Positions 52,965 through 64,000 of a DNA stretch of 64,000 nucleotides are shown piece by piece (the stretch's first letter is position 1; every line of letters begins with the position of its first letter). Below the pieces are notes generated by a model. It saw nothing but the letters and a program-made list of their open reading frames with translations. It was not told where the DNA came from and made no database searches. This DNA comes from Octopus vulgaris. Its lineage: Eukaryota. A program made the translations under genes and the position numbers. The DNA is taken from positions 158,596,001-158,660,000 of the forward strand of contig OX597814.1 of NCBI GenBank assembly GCA_951406725.2, in the 5' to 3' direction.

Positions 52965-53405
52965 ACTCTTTTAGTTGTTCAGTCATTTGACTGTGGCCAT
53001 GCTGGAGCACCACCTTTAGTCGAGCAAATTGACCCCAGGACTTATTCTTTGTAAGCCTAGTACTTATTCTATTAGTCTCTTTTGCTGAACTGCTAAGTTA
53101 CAGGGACATAAACACACCAACATCGGTTTTCAAGCAATGATGGGGGGGAAAAACACAGACACACAAACATATACACAGACACACAAACATATACACACAC
53201 ACACACACACATATGTATATATACACATATATATATATATACATATATACTTCTTTCAGTCTCCATCTACCAAATCCACTCATAAGGCTTTGGTCAGCCC
53301 GAGGCTATAATAGAAGACACTTGCCTAAGGTGCCACACAGTGGGAATGAACCCGGAACCATGTGGCTGGTAAGCAAGCTACTTACCACACAGCCACTCCT
53401 GTGCC
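52965..53405 (-). mobile_element. SINE family A
   Basis: Full reverse-complement copy; partial copies also at about 12010-12200, 30388-30520, 32335-32460, 35582-35740, 55255-55480, 56065-56250. Confidence 0.85.
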
Positions 53406-53903
53406 TATATCATATAACATTAATGTATAACATTTAAACATTTTTATTTGAAAATACCATTTTAATAATATTTTTGTATCTTATGATATATCAGGCACAG
53501 TCCATTTGATAAACGTCCACCTAATTTCCATGTACCCAGGTTTACTCATTAAGCTTTTTTCAACCCAAGACTGTGACAGATGCTTGCCAATGTTGTCACA
53601 CTGTGGAATCAACTCATAGTTATGTAGCTGCAAGTCAAAAACCAAACTTCTCAATCATACAATCATTTACTACCAAAAATTAAAATAACTTACTTCTATC
53701 TATTTATTTAGTTATTTATTTATTTATTTATATATTTATTCATTTTTCAACAATTTCACAAATGTTCTTATATTACACTGCTTGATAATTGATAGCTTAT
53801 TTTATCTAAATATTTTAAATCACATACTCATTCTTCTCTGTATTAACATAAATTAACTTTTTTAATCAAGCATTTTATTGACATAACAAAATAATAAACA
53901 TAC

Positions 53904-54065
53904 TTTCTTTCTTTGTGGTGATTATATTCGAAGCATAGCTGAATGGACTGAGACCAAATTTATTCTGACAAGATATTTTAAATACATAGTCAGTTTCAGG
54001 TGTTAGATTTCCAATAAGCGCACATTCATTGGTGGTTTTCATACTTTTCCTCCATTGGTAATCCT
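53904..54065 (-). CDS. unc-89: Obscurin/UNC-89-like, Fn3 domain second half
   Basis: tgcAG acceptor, GTATGT donor; EDYQWRKSMKTTNECALIGNLTPETDYVFKISCQNKFGLSPFS (L.P...Y.F.I...N..G.S). Confidence 0.9.
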
Positions 54066-55030
54066 CTGCAAAAAATAAATAAATAAATAAAAATAATAAT
54101 AAATATTTAATGAGGGAGAATGAGTATTATCCGAATTATGTTCAAAAAGCTTTGTGAAAATCAATTTATTCATTTGTAAAACAGTATTAATTATTTGAAG
54201 ACATAGAATAATATCTTTTTTTTTTTAATATCTTTTTTTTTTTATTTTACACTTCATCAAAAAAGATTTAATGATTCCAGATATAAGAATTAATATCTGA
54301 CTTTATTAAGCTAAGAACGGCAATCATTAAAATATTTCATGAACTAAGAATTCAAAGAATTATGTTAAAAACATTTTTTTAAACTAAACCGCATAATTTT
54401 AGAGATTAGTAACATTATTTAAATTCCTTGTCTTAATTGGTGCAGCATTTAATTTAGCAAATTGACCATCAATTCATCTTTGTTAATAATGGTGTCTTAT
54501 TTAGGAACAATACCAGTAATTTTGATGGGAAGAGAGTAATCTATGCCATTGACTCCAGTACTTGACTGGTACTCTATTACCCAACCCTGAAAAGATGACA
54601 GGCAAAGATGACCTTGGCAGAATTTGAACGCAGAATGTAAAGACTTAGAACAAATGCCTGAAAGTGTTTCTTCTGACACTACCAATTCTGTCTACTCTCC
54701 ACTTACATTTAATAATACTGACAATACTCAATAATCTTTATTATTAACACATGAGTCTGAAGGTTCAATGTAAATCAAGATTTTCTTCATCTTTTATTAA
54801 ACCTGATATATAGAAACAGATACTTCACAAACATAATTTATAAGTTTAAGGTAACAGGTGCATCTCATTTTCATTAAGGTAAACTGAAGCAAAGCCGTAT
54901 GAATGGCAAAACTTTCATTGAAAGGCAGAGTATAATAGTAAAGTTTGAATTCTTTAACAAGGGGAAGGTCAGTAGTTAACAATGTAACCTCATAGCTTCA
55001 GTTCTTCTTTCTAAAAGCTGAATCACTCAC

Positions 55031-55162
55031 CTGCTTTTTTGCAATAGACTCTATAAAATATAACTTGGGATTCTCCATCGTATTGAGGTGGATCCCAAAC
55101 CAATAAGATTTCTCGATCGGAAACAGCAACAGCAATTGGTCTCTGTGGACGGCTGGTGGCAT
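55031..55162 (-). CDS. unc-89: Obscurin/UNC-89-like, Fn3 domain first half
   Basis: ttccAG acceptor, GTGAGT donor; DATSRPQRPIAVAVSDREILLVWDPPQYDGESQVIFYRVYCKKA (W.PP..DG.S....Y motif). Not in the ORF track. Confidence 0.9.
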
Positions 55163-56271
55163 CTGGAATAGAAAATTATTTTTTATGCTTTTTAATTCAA
55201 TAATTTCTCTTCTTTCTATCCTTTAATGACTAAAGTGTTCGGTAAAACATTTTTACTCTTTATTCTCTCTTTTTTGCTTGTTTCAGTCATTTGACTGCAG
55301 CCATGCTGGAGCACCACCTTTAGTCGAAAGCAAATCAACCCCAGGACTTATTCTTTGTAAGCCTAGTACTTATTCTATCAGTCTCTTTTGCCAAACTGCT
55401 AAGTTACGGGGATGTAAACACACCAGCATTGGTTGTCAAGCAATGTTGGGATACAAACACAGACACACAAACATATACACACTATTTTAATTAATATCAT
55501 TAGTGCTTCGTGTATAATGTGTAATGATATTTTAAATACTACACTGGATGATTGCTAAACATTTCAGTATGTGAATGAATTTTAAGGTTTAAATCATATT
55601 TAGTTTCATTTATATTGTTGTTTAGCATCAGGCTAGACCCGGTTGAGCAGATTTAGGATCAAAAATATTTCAACCAGGACTATTTCATATTTTTAGGACT
55701 ATTTAGCACTACATTTCTAAATGTTTGTTTTTTGTCATTTGTCAGTAGAATGTGATCTGAAGGACGCCTAAGCTGCTTTTTCTAGTGAGTCAAGCAATCA
55801 CATTCTAATTTCTCTCTTGGCTTGTTAATATTATTGTTAAATGATGTAGTAGTTGTAACCCTAGTTAATTCTTTCAATTTATGTAACATGCATTGTCAAC
55901 TATTGTACAGCATGTCAAAATGTATTTTAAGCATATAAATAAACATCAAATATGCTTATGCATACTGAGCTGTTTTGTTGTTATGCTGTATGACTTTTCA
56001 AATAATTCTTTTTGTAAAAATTTGCCAGATTTGCATTACAACTATACACAGCTATATGAAACAACTTTCCTGTCATGCTGAAGCACCACCTTGAGGGTGT
56101 TTTTTAGTTAAACAAATCAGCCCCAGGATTTATTCTTTGTAAGCCTAATACTTATTCTATCAGTCTGTTTTGTTGAACTGATAAGTTACTGGGACATATA
56201 CACACTAACACCTGTTGTCAAGTGGTGATGGGGGGAACAAACACAAATATACACATACATACATACATACA

Positions 56272-56319
<48 letters not shown>

Positions 56320-56321
<2 letters not shown>

Positions 56322-56522
56322 GGGAGAGTTTACAAAAAAAAACAAAAGACGGAGACAGGTGGTGTACAAAACAAACAGATGTATTAGTATAACGCTCAGG
56401 AACAGAAAAAGTCTTTTACGTTTCGAGCCTATGCCCTTCTACAGAAAGGGACACAGAAAAAACAAGGAGAGAAACAAGGAGAGAAAAAAATGTGTGTAGT
56501 GGCTAACGATCTATCATAGCGA
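56320..56522 (-). mobile_element. Short element with hammerhead-like fold, copy 3
   Basis: Minus strand CTTT-CTGTAGA-A-GGGC(atag)GCTC-GAAA-C-GTA-AAAG at 56413-56448; (TA)n on both sides. Confidence 0.7.
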
Positions 56523-56564
56523 CTATATATATATATATATATATATAGAAAGAGAGAAAGAGAG

Positions 56565-57080
56565 AGGAATTCAAGATAGGTTGCCCCTGGGAGCTCCTCT
56601 ATGCTGATGACCTAGCCCTCTTTGCAGAATCACTACCGGAACTAGAAAAGAAATTTCGTGTGTGGAAGCTAGGTTTAGAATCAAAAGGCCTTAGAATCAT
56701 TGTAGCAAAGACCAAAGTTCTGGTAAGTAAGAAGGCAAACTCATCACACACCCCCTTAGGTAGGTGGCCCTACTCAATCTGTAGAAAAGGTGTAGGTAGA
56801 AACTCCATAAGATGTACCCAGTGTAAGCTATGGACACATAAGAGGTGCAGCAACATCAAAGGAAAATTAACTGAGAAGATAACTTTCGTGTGTGGCAGAT
56901 GCACAGGGGCAATAGACACCACAGATACTCAGAAAACAGATTCCTCACACTCCATGGGGAAAAACTAGAAGTAGTTGATAGTTTCTGCTACCTAGGTGAC
57001 CAAGTTAGTAGTTGGGGTGGATGCTCAGAGAGTGTTACCACTAGAATAAGAATAACCTGGGCAAAGTTTAGAAATCTTCT
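56565..57080 (+). pseudogene. RTE-clade LINE reverse transcriptase fragment with internal Cys/His finger
   Basis: GCPWELLYADDLAL...GL.I...KTKVL, then ICRKGVGRNSIRCTQCKLWTHKRC...CGRC, then (frameshift) LEVVDSFCYLGD. Confidence 0.85.
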
Positions 57081-57393
57081 TCCCCTTATATTGAAATAAA
57101 ACTGAATGAATTCATTGAGAAATTTGAAATATTATTTAAAAACCTAAAATCTCATTTATATATTAAATATCAAAAATAATTTATAACATTAATCCCTGCA
57201 AGAAAAAAAATCTACAATATTTTTCAAGTAGTCTAATTCTGGCAAGGATAGAATTATAATTTTATCTTCCAGTAATACATTTTTCTGATAAAAAGAAATT
57301 TAATAAACAACTTTCATTAAATGTTTTCATTAAGATTACTAAGAAAAATAAGAAGGAAATGAGAAAAAATATGAAGTTGCTCAAATTACACAC

Positions 57394-57678
57394 CTCCAAT
57401 CAAAAGTTTTGCTCGACATGTTGTTCGTCCCATTTTGTTCCGAGCAACACATTTGTACACACCAACATCATATGACTTAGCACTAATCAAAGTCAAAGAA
57501 GAAACTCCATCTTCGCTGAGTGAAACTCTAATGCGGTTATTCTGTGTAAGATACTCTTCATCTTTATACCAGGCAACACTAACACTGGGTCGGCCTCGGA
57601 TGAGACACATAAATGTTACATTTTCCCCGTCACGAACAACTTGATCTGTTAATTTGGCACGAAAAATTGGGCGATAAC
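57394..57678 (-). CDS. unc-89: Obscurin/UNC-89-like, I-set Ig domain exon
   Basis: tacAG acceptor; YRPIFRAKLTDQVVRDGENVTFMCLIRGRPSVSVAWYKD...DVGVYKCVARNKMG..CRAKLLIG is a classic I-set Ig; phase 1/1, 285 nt. Confidence 0.9.
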
Positions 57679-60600
57679 CTGTAAATATAAGACATAAAAG
57701 TTAGAATTTAAAATAAAATTTGTTAATAACTAGAAATGGTAAGAAAACTATATGAGATGCTTTGAAATTAAATCCATTTACATCTTTGGCCACTATAAAG
57801 ATAACATAACTTTAAGAGACCAAGATGAATAAAGAGCTAATAAGAAGAGTCCTGCTGTTTTAACAGAAGAAAATTCTGATTGTCAAGGTATAAATAGTTT
57901 GTAACTAGTAAATCTTATAAAAACAATGCTACAGTCAAGTAGGTTTGCTTTAATGTTTTCTGAAATAACTATCTCACAGTCATTTTATATATATTTGTAT
58001 TGAGACATACATTGTAAATGAATTTCAGTATAAAAATTCCCATGATAATGACAAGCTAAATTAAATTTTGGTAACCAAGGAAATAATTGCTTTTAAAGAG
58101 TAGCTAATTAAGAAATTCATCAAGTAAAATGGGAATTCAGAATCCAATTATGAGTGATAATAATGTTTCATTACAATGAAATAGCATAAATATCTGCTTG
58201 AATTGTCTCACAAGATAAACCAAATTTAGAAGGGTATTCTTTATTTGTGAAGTCACTGGAGTTTTCTGTATTATAACATAACTGGCTTCCATTGATAAAT
58301 ACTTGAAAGAGAGCAATTTAGAAGAGGGTGTTCAATGATGATTTATATTTCATTTTTTTATAGGATGTTTACAAAAGAAAGGCAGTATCATAAAGAAACG
58401 CAGTGCAGGCCTTCCAAAATTAGTGACATAGATTTAGTTAATATTTGTCTTGAACATTTATAGCTCTTATGTCTGTAGAAAGTATGTTGCTGAGAATGCA
58501 GATAGTTGAAGTTCTGCAGTAAGGCTTTGAAGGTAGACATAGTGAGAACAATGAGATTTTAAGGGAGGCCTAAATATTTCAGAGGAACAGAAACCATTGT
58601 AGTAAACCTTGAAGAAACAGCATGTTTGCAACTTAGTGATAAAGATCAATTGGCAATTGAATTTCTAAACTCATAATGGATTTCTGGGGAACAAAGCATT
58701 GGACTCTCAATCATGAAGTAATGAGTTTGATTCCCAGACTGGGATATGTGTTGTGTTCTTGAGCAAAATACATTATTTCACATTGCTCCAGTTCACTCAG
58801 TTGTACAAATGAGTTGCAACGTCACTGGTGCCAAGCTGTATCAGTTTTTGTCTTTTCATTGGATGACATCAGTGGTGTGGAGAGGGGAGGCTGGTATGCA
58901 TAGGCAACTGCTGGTCTTCCATAAACAATCTTGCCTGGATTTGTACTTTGAATGGGAACTTTCTAGGTGCAATCTTATGGTCATCCATTACCTCAGTAAA
59001 TTTTTACACTTTTTTTGGCCTTCTATGGATGATGATTTGAATATGAGTATATGCAGTAGCAGTAAAAATGTCCCAAACAAGTAAGAAATACTTTAGTACG
59101 GAACTTAAATTAATTATCTAGAAAGAAAATTTATTATTATTCTGATTTTGTTTCGTTATTTTTTTTTTTTTGTTCTTGAGAGGGGTAACTACTTCAGTCA
59201 ATGTATATGGAGAAGCTGAATCTCTGTAGCTTTCAACTTTTTAGGTGTTTCTGGTTTAACAGTCACACAATAGGGGAGATAGTGACACAGGATTATGTGT
59301 CATATTATACTGGTAAGGACAAGACATGACAATGGTGGAAACAGTGATGAAAACAATCACAACATCGATGATGATGATGACGACTACTCCAGTTCCGAAT
59401 AGCCTTCCAACTTAAGATAATAACACCAATGAGGATTTTTCTTTAAGATATAGGATTTCATCCCTGGAGGAGTAAAAATAGTAGAGAACTACTATTAGAA
59501 ATACTACAGGTTTAATAGTTTTTCTATATATATAGTGAAAGAGAGAAAGAAAGAGAGAGCAAAGATTGAAGGAGAGATTTTCAACAACAAAACTTCATGT
59601 ATGTGTGTGGTGTCTATGTGTAAATATCAGCTCTTGTCAAGCATCCAACCCACGCCAGCATGGAAAACAGACATTATATGATGATTGTGGTGGTGGTGGC
59701 GGTCGTCGTCGTCGTCATCGTCACAATAATGGTGATGATGATGATGACGATGATGATATATCTTAGGATGGTTTCTCATCTGAAGTGCTTATAAACTAAG
59801 CAGGAATTGAACACAAATTTAAAAATATCAAATAATGAATTATCAAGAAGCCAAATAAGTTACAAAAGTAAGAAACCAGAACATAGAGAATTCAGGAGTG
59901 AAAACAAAATTAGGTGGCTTTACTTTGTCTAAGAAAATTGGGATTTGTAATGAAAATGTTCCAGCCTGAAAACAAATGAAGGAAAAGCATAATACTTTTG
60001 TAGCATTTTAGAAAATAAGAACTGGATGAACTAATCATATTTTATGAATGGCAAGGGTCTAGAAAAGTCACTCAGGTGTAAGAACAGGTAAAAGGTACTA
60101 TTTTATATATGAGGGATTAAAGATGTTTTCTTTTTTTATGTTAGCACTTCTGAAAATATTTTTTATTTGATGATATTACAATATCCTGAATATAGGTTTT
60201 CTTAAGGTTTTACAGAGGTCACTACCAGTTTACTTTTGTTGGGGAAGACCACCAAATAGTGAAAATATTTTTGAAAATTATTACATTCTTGTTGTTTAAG
60301 CCCCCACCAAATCAGCACCACACTTACAACAGATATTAAGGCATATCAGCTTTGATAATCATGTCTTTTCTTTCTTTCATTCTTTTCCCTAGGAATAGTA
60401 AACCCAGCACTTAGCTGTCCAACGTTTTTTCAAAATGTATTATGTGATTTGAGGGGGGGGGGGGGGGTATTTGGCTGCTATTTCTGGTACACCAAGTGAC
60501 TTTTTAAGGCTCCTTCACTATCTCACACCAATGTATATAGTAAATACTGATACATGATAATACTGACAAACCTTGCCAGTGATACAGAGAAGGCACTTGT

Positions 60601-60836
60601 GCCAGTGACACATAAAAGGCACTTGTGCCAGTGACACAAAAAAGGCACTTGTACCAGCGACACATAAAAGGCACCCACTACACTCTTGGAGTGGTTGGTG
60701 TTAGGAAGGGCATCCAACCATAGAAACCAAGCCAAACGAGACTGTCAAACCCATGCTAGCACAGAAAATAGATGCTAAGTGGTGATGATGATGATAATGA
60801 TGATGATGATGATGATGATGATGATAAAATTGTTAC

Positions 60837-61335
60837 CTTCTTTTGGCATGCCTACACTTGGTTTCCTTTCCATCACATAAACTTGGCCTTCTTTTTCACG
60901 AGCAATTTGACGTTCATTTCGTATTTCTGAACTAGCAGATACCCATTCCACTTCTTTTTCCATTTGAACTATTTTGTCATGTTCAATATCGAGTTCAGAA
61001 AGACGCCTCTTAGTTCTTGCTTTTATTCTGATTTCTTCATCTTCCTCTGCTCCTATTTCATTTTCATTTTCTCCATTTTCACCTTGGGATTTTAGTTCAG
61101 TATACATCCTGGTACGCAAAGAATATTCAGATTCACTTCTTGGTTCAAATCGTTTATTCCAGTCAAAGCGTGTTTCTGAGTCTAAGAATTCACCATATTC
61201 TCTTGAATCAGGGTAAATTATTTTATTAGTTTCTGGATCAATTTCTGGTTTGAGAGAAGGAGCTGATGGTATAACAACTTCCATTTTTGTCAAACTTTCC
61301 AATCGAGCAGTTTTTACAGTGGCACTAGATTTTCT
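60837..61335 (-). CDS. unc-89: Obscurin/UNC-89-like, charged linker exon (first exon in window)
   Basis: ttcAG acceptor, phase 0, RKSSATVKTARLESLTK...KPSVGMPKE, G|GTAAC donor in phase 1, which matches the next exon. Confidence 0.75.
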
Positions 61336-62819
61336 CTGAAGAAAGCAAAAAATAAAAACATCAAGTATTTAAAGTTTTTCCATTTGAGAACTTATATTTT
61401 ATAGATTACATATGTAAATATAAAAAAAATTGTTTGAAATAAATGCATGTTTTTCTGCTTTTAGAGGAATTGAAAGGAAATCTAGATTGTAGGTTTTTTT
61501 GTTTTTTGTCTTTTTTAGATTTAAGACCTTATTTTTTTCACCAACACAAATACTTCAGTAAAGCAAACAATAAAAAAATTATTTTGTAATACATATAAAT
61601 TGATTCTTTTTTTTTTTTTATTAATTCAATAATAATAAGATTCCATCTTCAAATATCTATAAATATATGATATACTTATTTTCTAAGTATAAGAAAAATT
61701 GTTATGTGTTTTGTTTTTGAACCTCATAATCATTTCAGTAAGAAACAAAAGTGAATTTCTTAAGTGGTTTCTGTATTTCATTATTTCAGCATAATAATAG
61801 AACATTTTAAAAGCAATTCAAGAATAACAAGAATTCAATTACATTAAAAATAAAACCTCAGTCGGAAATAGTATATCTTGAAATAGCAAATGAAAACTAG
61901 AATCAGAAGAAATAAGTAGTGGCCTGTCAGCAAAAATCAGTTCCTAAATTTCACAAGTTTGAATAAGTTCATAAGCTGTGGAAAGATATTAATTCTATTG
62001 TATTTGCTCAAGACTTTTTTAGAGAAATTCTTTTTCTCTGTAGAACTTAGAATTCATGTCTCCTTTGCCATACAAGCATATTTAAATATATAAAAAAATT
62101 TTAACAATTACAAGAGAAAACTAACAAGAATAATATTATGTTCTTTGTATTATAAATCATTTGTTCAAAAATATGAGTAAAGATATGATGTAATGTTAGG
62201 GCTCAATTTCTAAAGGATTCACAGGAGTGCCAGTGTAACATACAGCATATCTGGGTATTTTATAATTAATAGAACCCTCTCCTGATCTAACATAACTATT
62301 TTTGATTCGAGAAAAAGATAGAAAGTGAGAAAGAGAGAAATAAGAACATCCCTCCTTCCCCTGTACTGTATTGGTACTTTACTAACTGACTGTAGAATAA
62401 GGATGAAAGGTAACATTGGTTTTTGCAGAATTTGAATCCAGAGTGCAGAGTGCTGAAACAAGTACCACAATGTAATTCATCTGACACACTAATAATTCTG
62501 TTAACTCACTGCCAACACATCATTGCACAGGATTGTAATAATTACAAGCATAAAAACCTAAAACCAAGTGGTTAGTTGTGCACTGAAAGAGGAATGACAT
62601 CATATGATATGGCAGGAATTCCAAAACTTTCAGTCATCTGCACAGTTGATGGTTGAAATCTTTGGAATTCAAGCAATATCATGTCATTATACAATGCATG
62701 GTTGAAAAACAAAATACAGGCAATTCTAAGGAATATATCCAAGTTATGAAAAGATAATGCTTTTTTATCATAGCTCTTGATTAATGCTAATAATTGATAT
62801 TTTGGGGGATTAAATGCTT

Positions 62820-63032
62820 ACTCTCTCTTTTACTCTTTTACTTGCTTCAATCATTTGACTGTGGCCATGCTGAAGCACTGCCTTTAGTCAAGCAAATCGA
62901 CCCCAGGATTTATTCTTTGTAAGCCTAGTACTTATTCTATTGGTCACTTTTGCTGAACCGCTAAGTTACAGGGACGTAAACACACCAAGTCGTCAAGCGA
63001 TGTTGGGGGGGACAAACACAGAAACACAAACG

Positions 63033-63035
<3 letters not shown>
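62820..63035 (-). mobile_element. SINE family A, 3' half
   Basis: tcatttgactgtggccatgctgaagcac...gcctagtacttattctat. Confidence 0.8.
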
Positions 63036-63079
<44 letters not shown>

Positions 63080-63081
<2 letters not shown>

Positions 63082-63500
63082 AAACAAGTCAAAAATAGAA
63101 AATGCTAAAATAATTTTATAGTGAACATTTCAGTACCGGTTTCGGTCATTTTGAGACCTTTTCAACTGTAACGATTAAATAATTAAATTTAGAAAAATTA
63201 GAAGAAAAGTTTTTTTAAAAGAATATTTCTATAGTAGTGTTCAGATTTAAGTGGCATTCTGCCTTTCTCTGACTCCCTTGTTTGCACTTGTGCGTTGGAG
63301 GTCGTTGTGAGTTCTTGGTAGGGTAGTAGAGGAAGAAGGCTGGTGAGGAAAGGGGGTGGGAGAATCTGGGAGTGCCCTGATGGTCGTATTTTGAATGGTC
63401 AGTGGCGGCTGGCAGTCTCAGTTCAATTCAGGAGAATATTTATATTGACAGGCTTGTTTATAGAATTAGCGTAGGTGTTATACTAAAAAACATTAGTGAC
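63080..63500 (-). mobile_element. 3' end of a Penelope-like element
   Basis: Minus frame ends QYKYSPELN* (stop 63418-63420), like the P.LN end of PLE GIY-YIG domains; hammerhead fold about 250 nt downstream; abuts (TA)n. Confidence 0.5.
63131..63168 (-). ncRNA. Minimal type I hammerhead-like motif, U3-A8 core
   Basis: Minus strand: CAG-TTGAAAA-GGTC(tcaaaat)GACC-GAAA-CCG-GTA-CTG. Confidence 0.65.
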
Positions 63501-64000
63501 AAAGTTAAGGGGTAGGGGTGGAGAAGTAGAAGAAGAAGGAGAAGAAGAAGAAGAAGAAGAAGAAGAAGAAGAAGAAGGAGAAGGAGAAGATGACGATGAT
63601 GGTGATGGTGGTGATGATTATGACGACGATGATGATGATAATAATGATGATGAAGAAGAAGAAGAAGAAGAAGAAGAAGGAGAAGAAGGAGAAGATGGTG
63701 GTGATGATGGTGGTGATGATGATGACGACGATGATGATGATAATGATGATGATGAAGAAGAAGAGGAAGAAGAAGAAGAAGAAAAAAACAGAGAAGGGAG
63801 AATATGAATGGGTGTAAGTATAGCTATGAAGGGGCTGATTAGTAATGGATTCTATGGAGTGTAATATTTGAGTGTGTATATATATTTTTCTTTTATTCTA
63901 AAGTTGAGGTATATTAATTGTTTGTCGTAGACCCTAAGAAGTGGCTTGTATTTTGTAATAAAGAGATTTTCTTTACTTATTCGTTGTCTCGAGGTTGTAT

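Noticed and set aside
60775-60836. Poly-Ile C-terminus of ORF 60775-61302
   Set aside because: Read-through past the GT donor at 60836 into the (GAT)n tail of a SINE.

Overview
Eukaryotic, AT-rich, microsatellite- and SINE-dense DNA. The repeat families and gene style point to a coleoid cephalopod, most likely Octopus (inference from recognised repeat sequences, no search run). Two genes converge tail-to-tail. On +, the terminal coding exon of an ANKRD33B-like ankyrin protein (8026-8552). On -, the last nine coding exons of an obscurin/UNC-89-like muscle protein (61335 to 36350; linker-Ig-Fn3-kinase-long tail). These exons splice in frame through GT-AG introns (3672 nt, 1223 aa in this window), and the kinase has pseudokinase motifs. 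The rest is tRNA-derived SINEs, decayed RLE-type and RTE LINEs, Penelope-like element (PLE) remnants and simple repeats. The two most unusual signals are: (1) a near-identical, highly self-complementary 360-bp unit at 3189-4287 that reconstructs to an exact head-to-tail trimer plus 17 nt with its last 421 bp flipped, as expected from reverse transcription of a small circular RNA with twin priming; (2) about five families of short PLE-associated elements carrying minimal type I hammerhead ribozyme folds, most with non-canonical cores (U3-A8 covariant, or U at position 6). Most ORFs in the supplied track are microsatellite artefacts.
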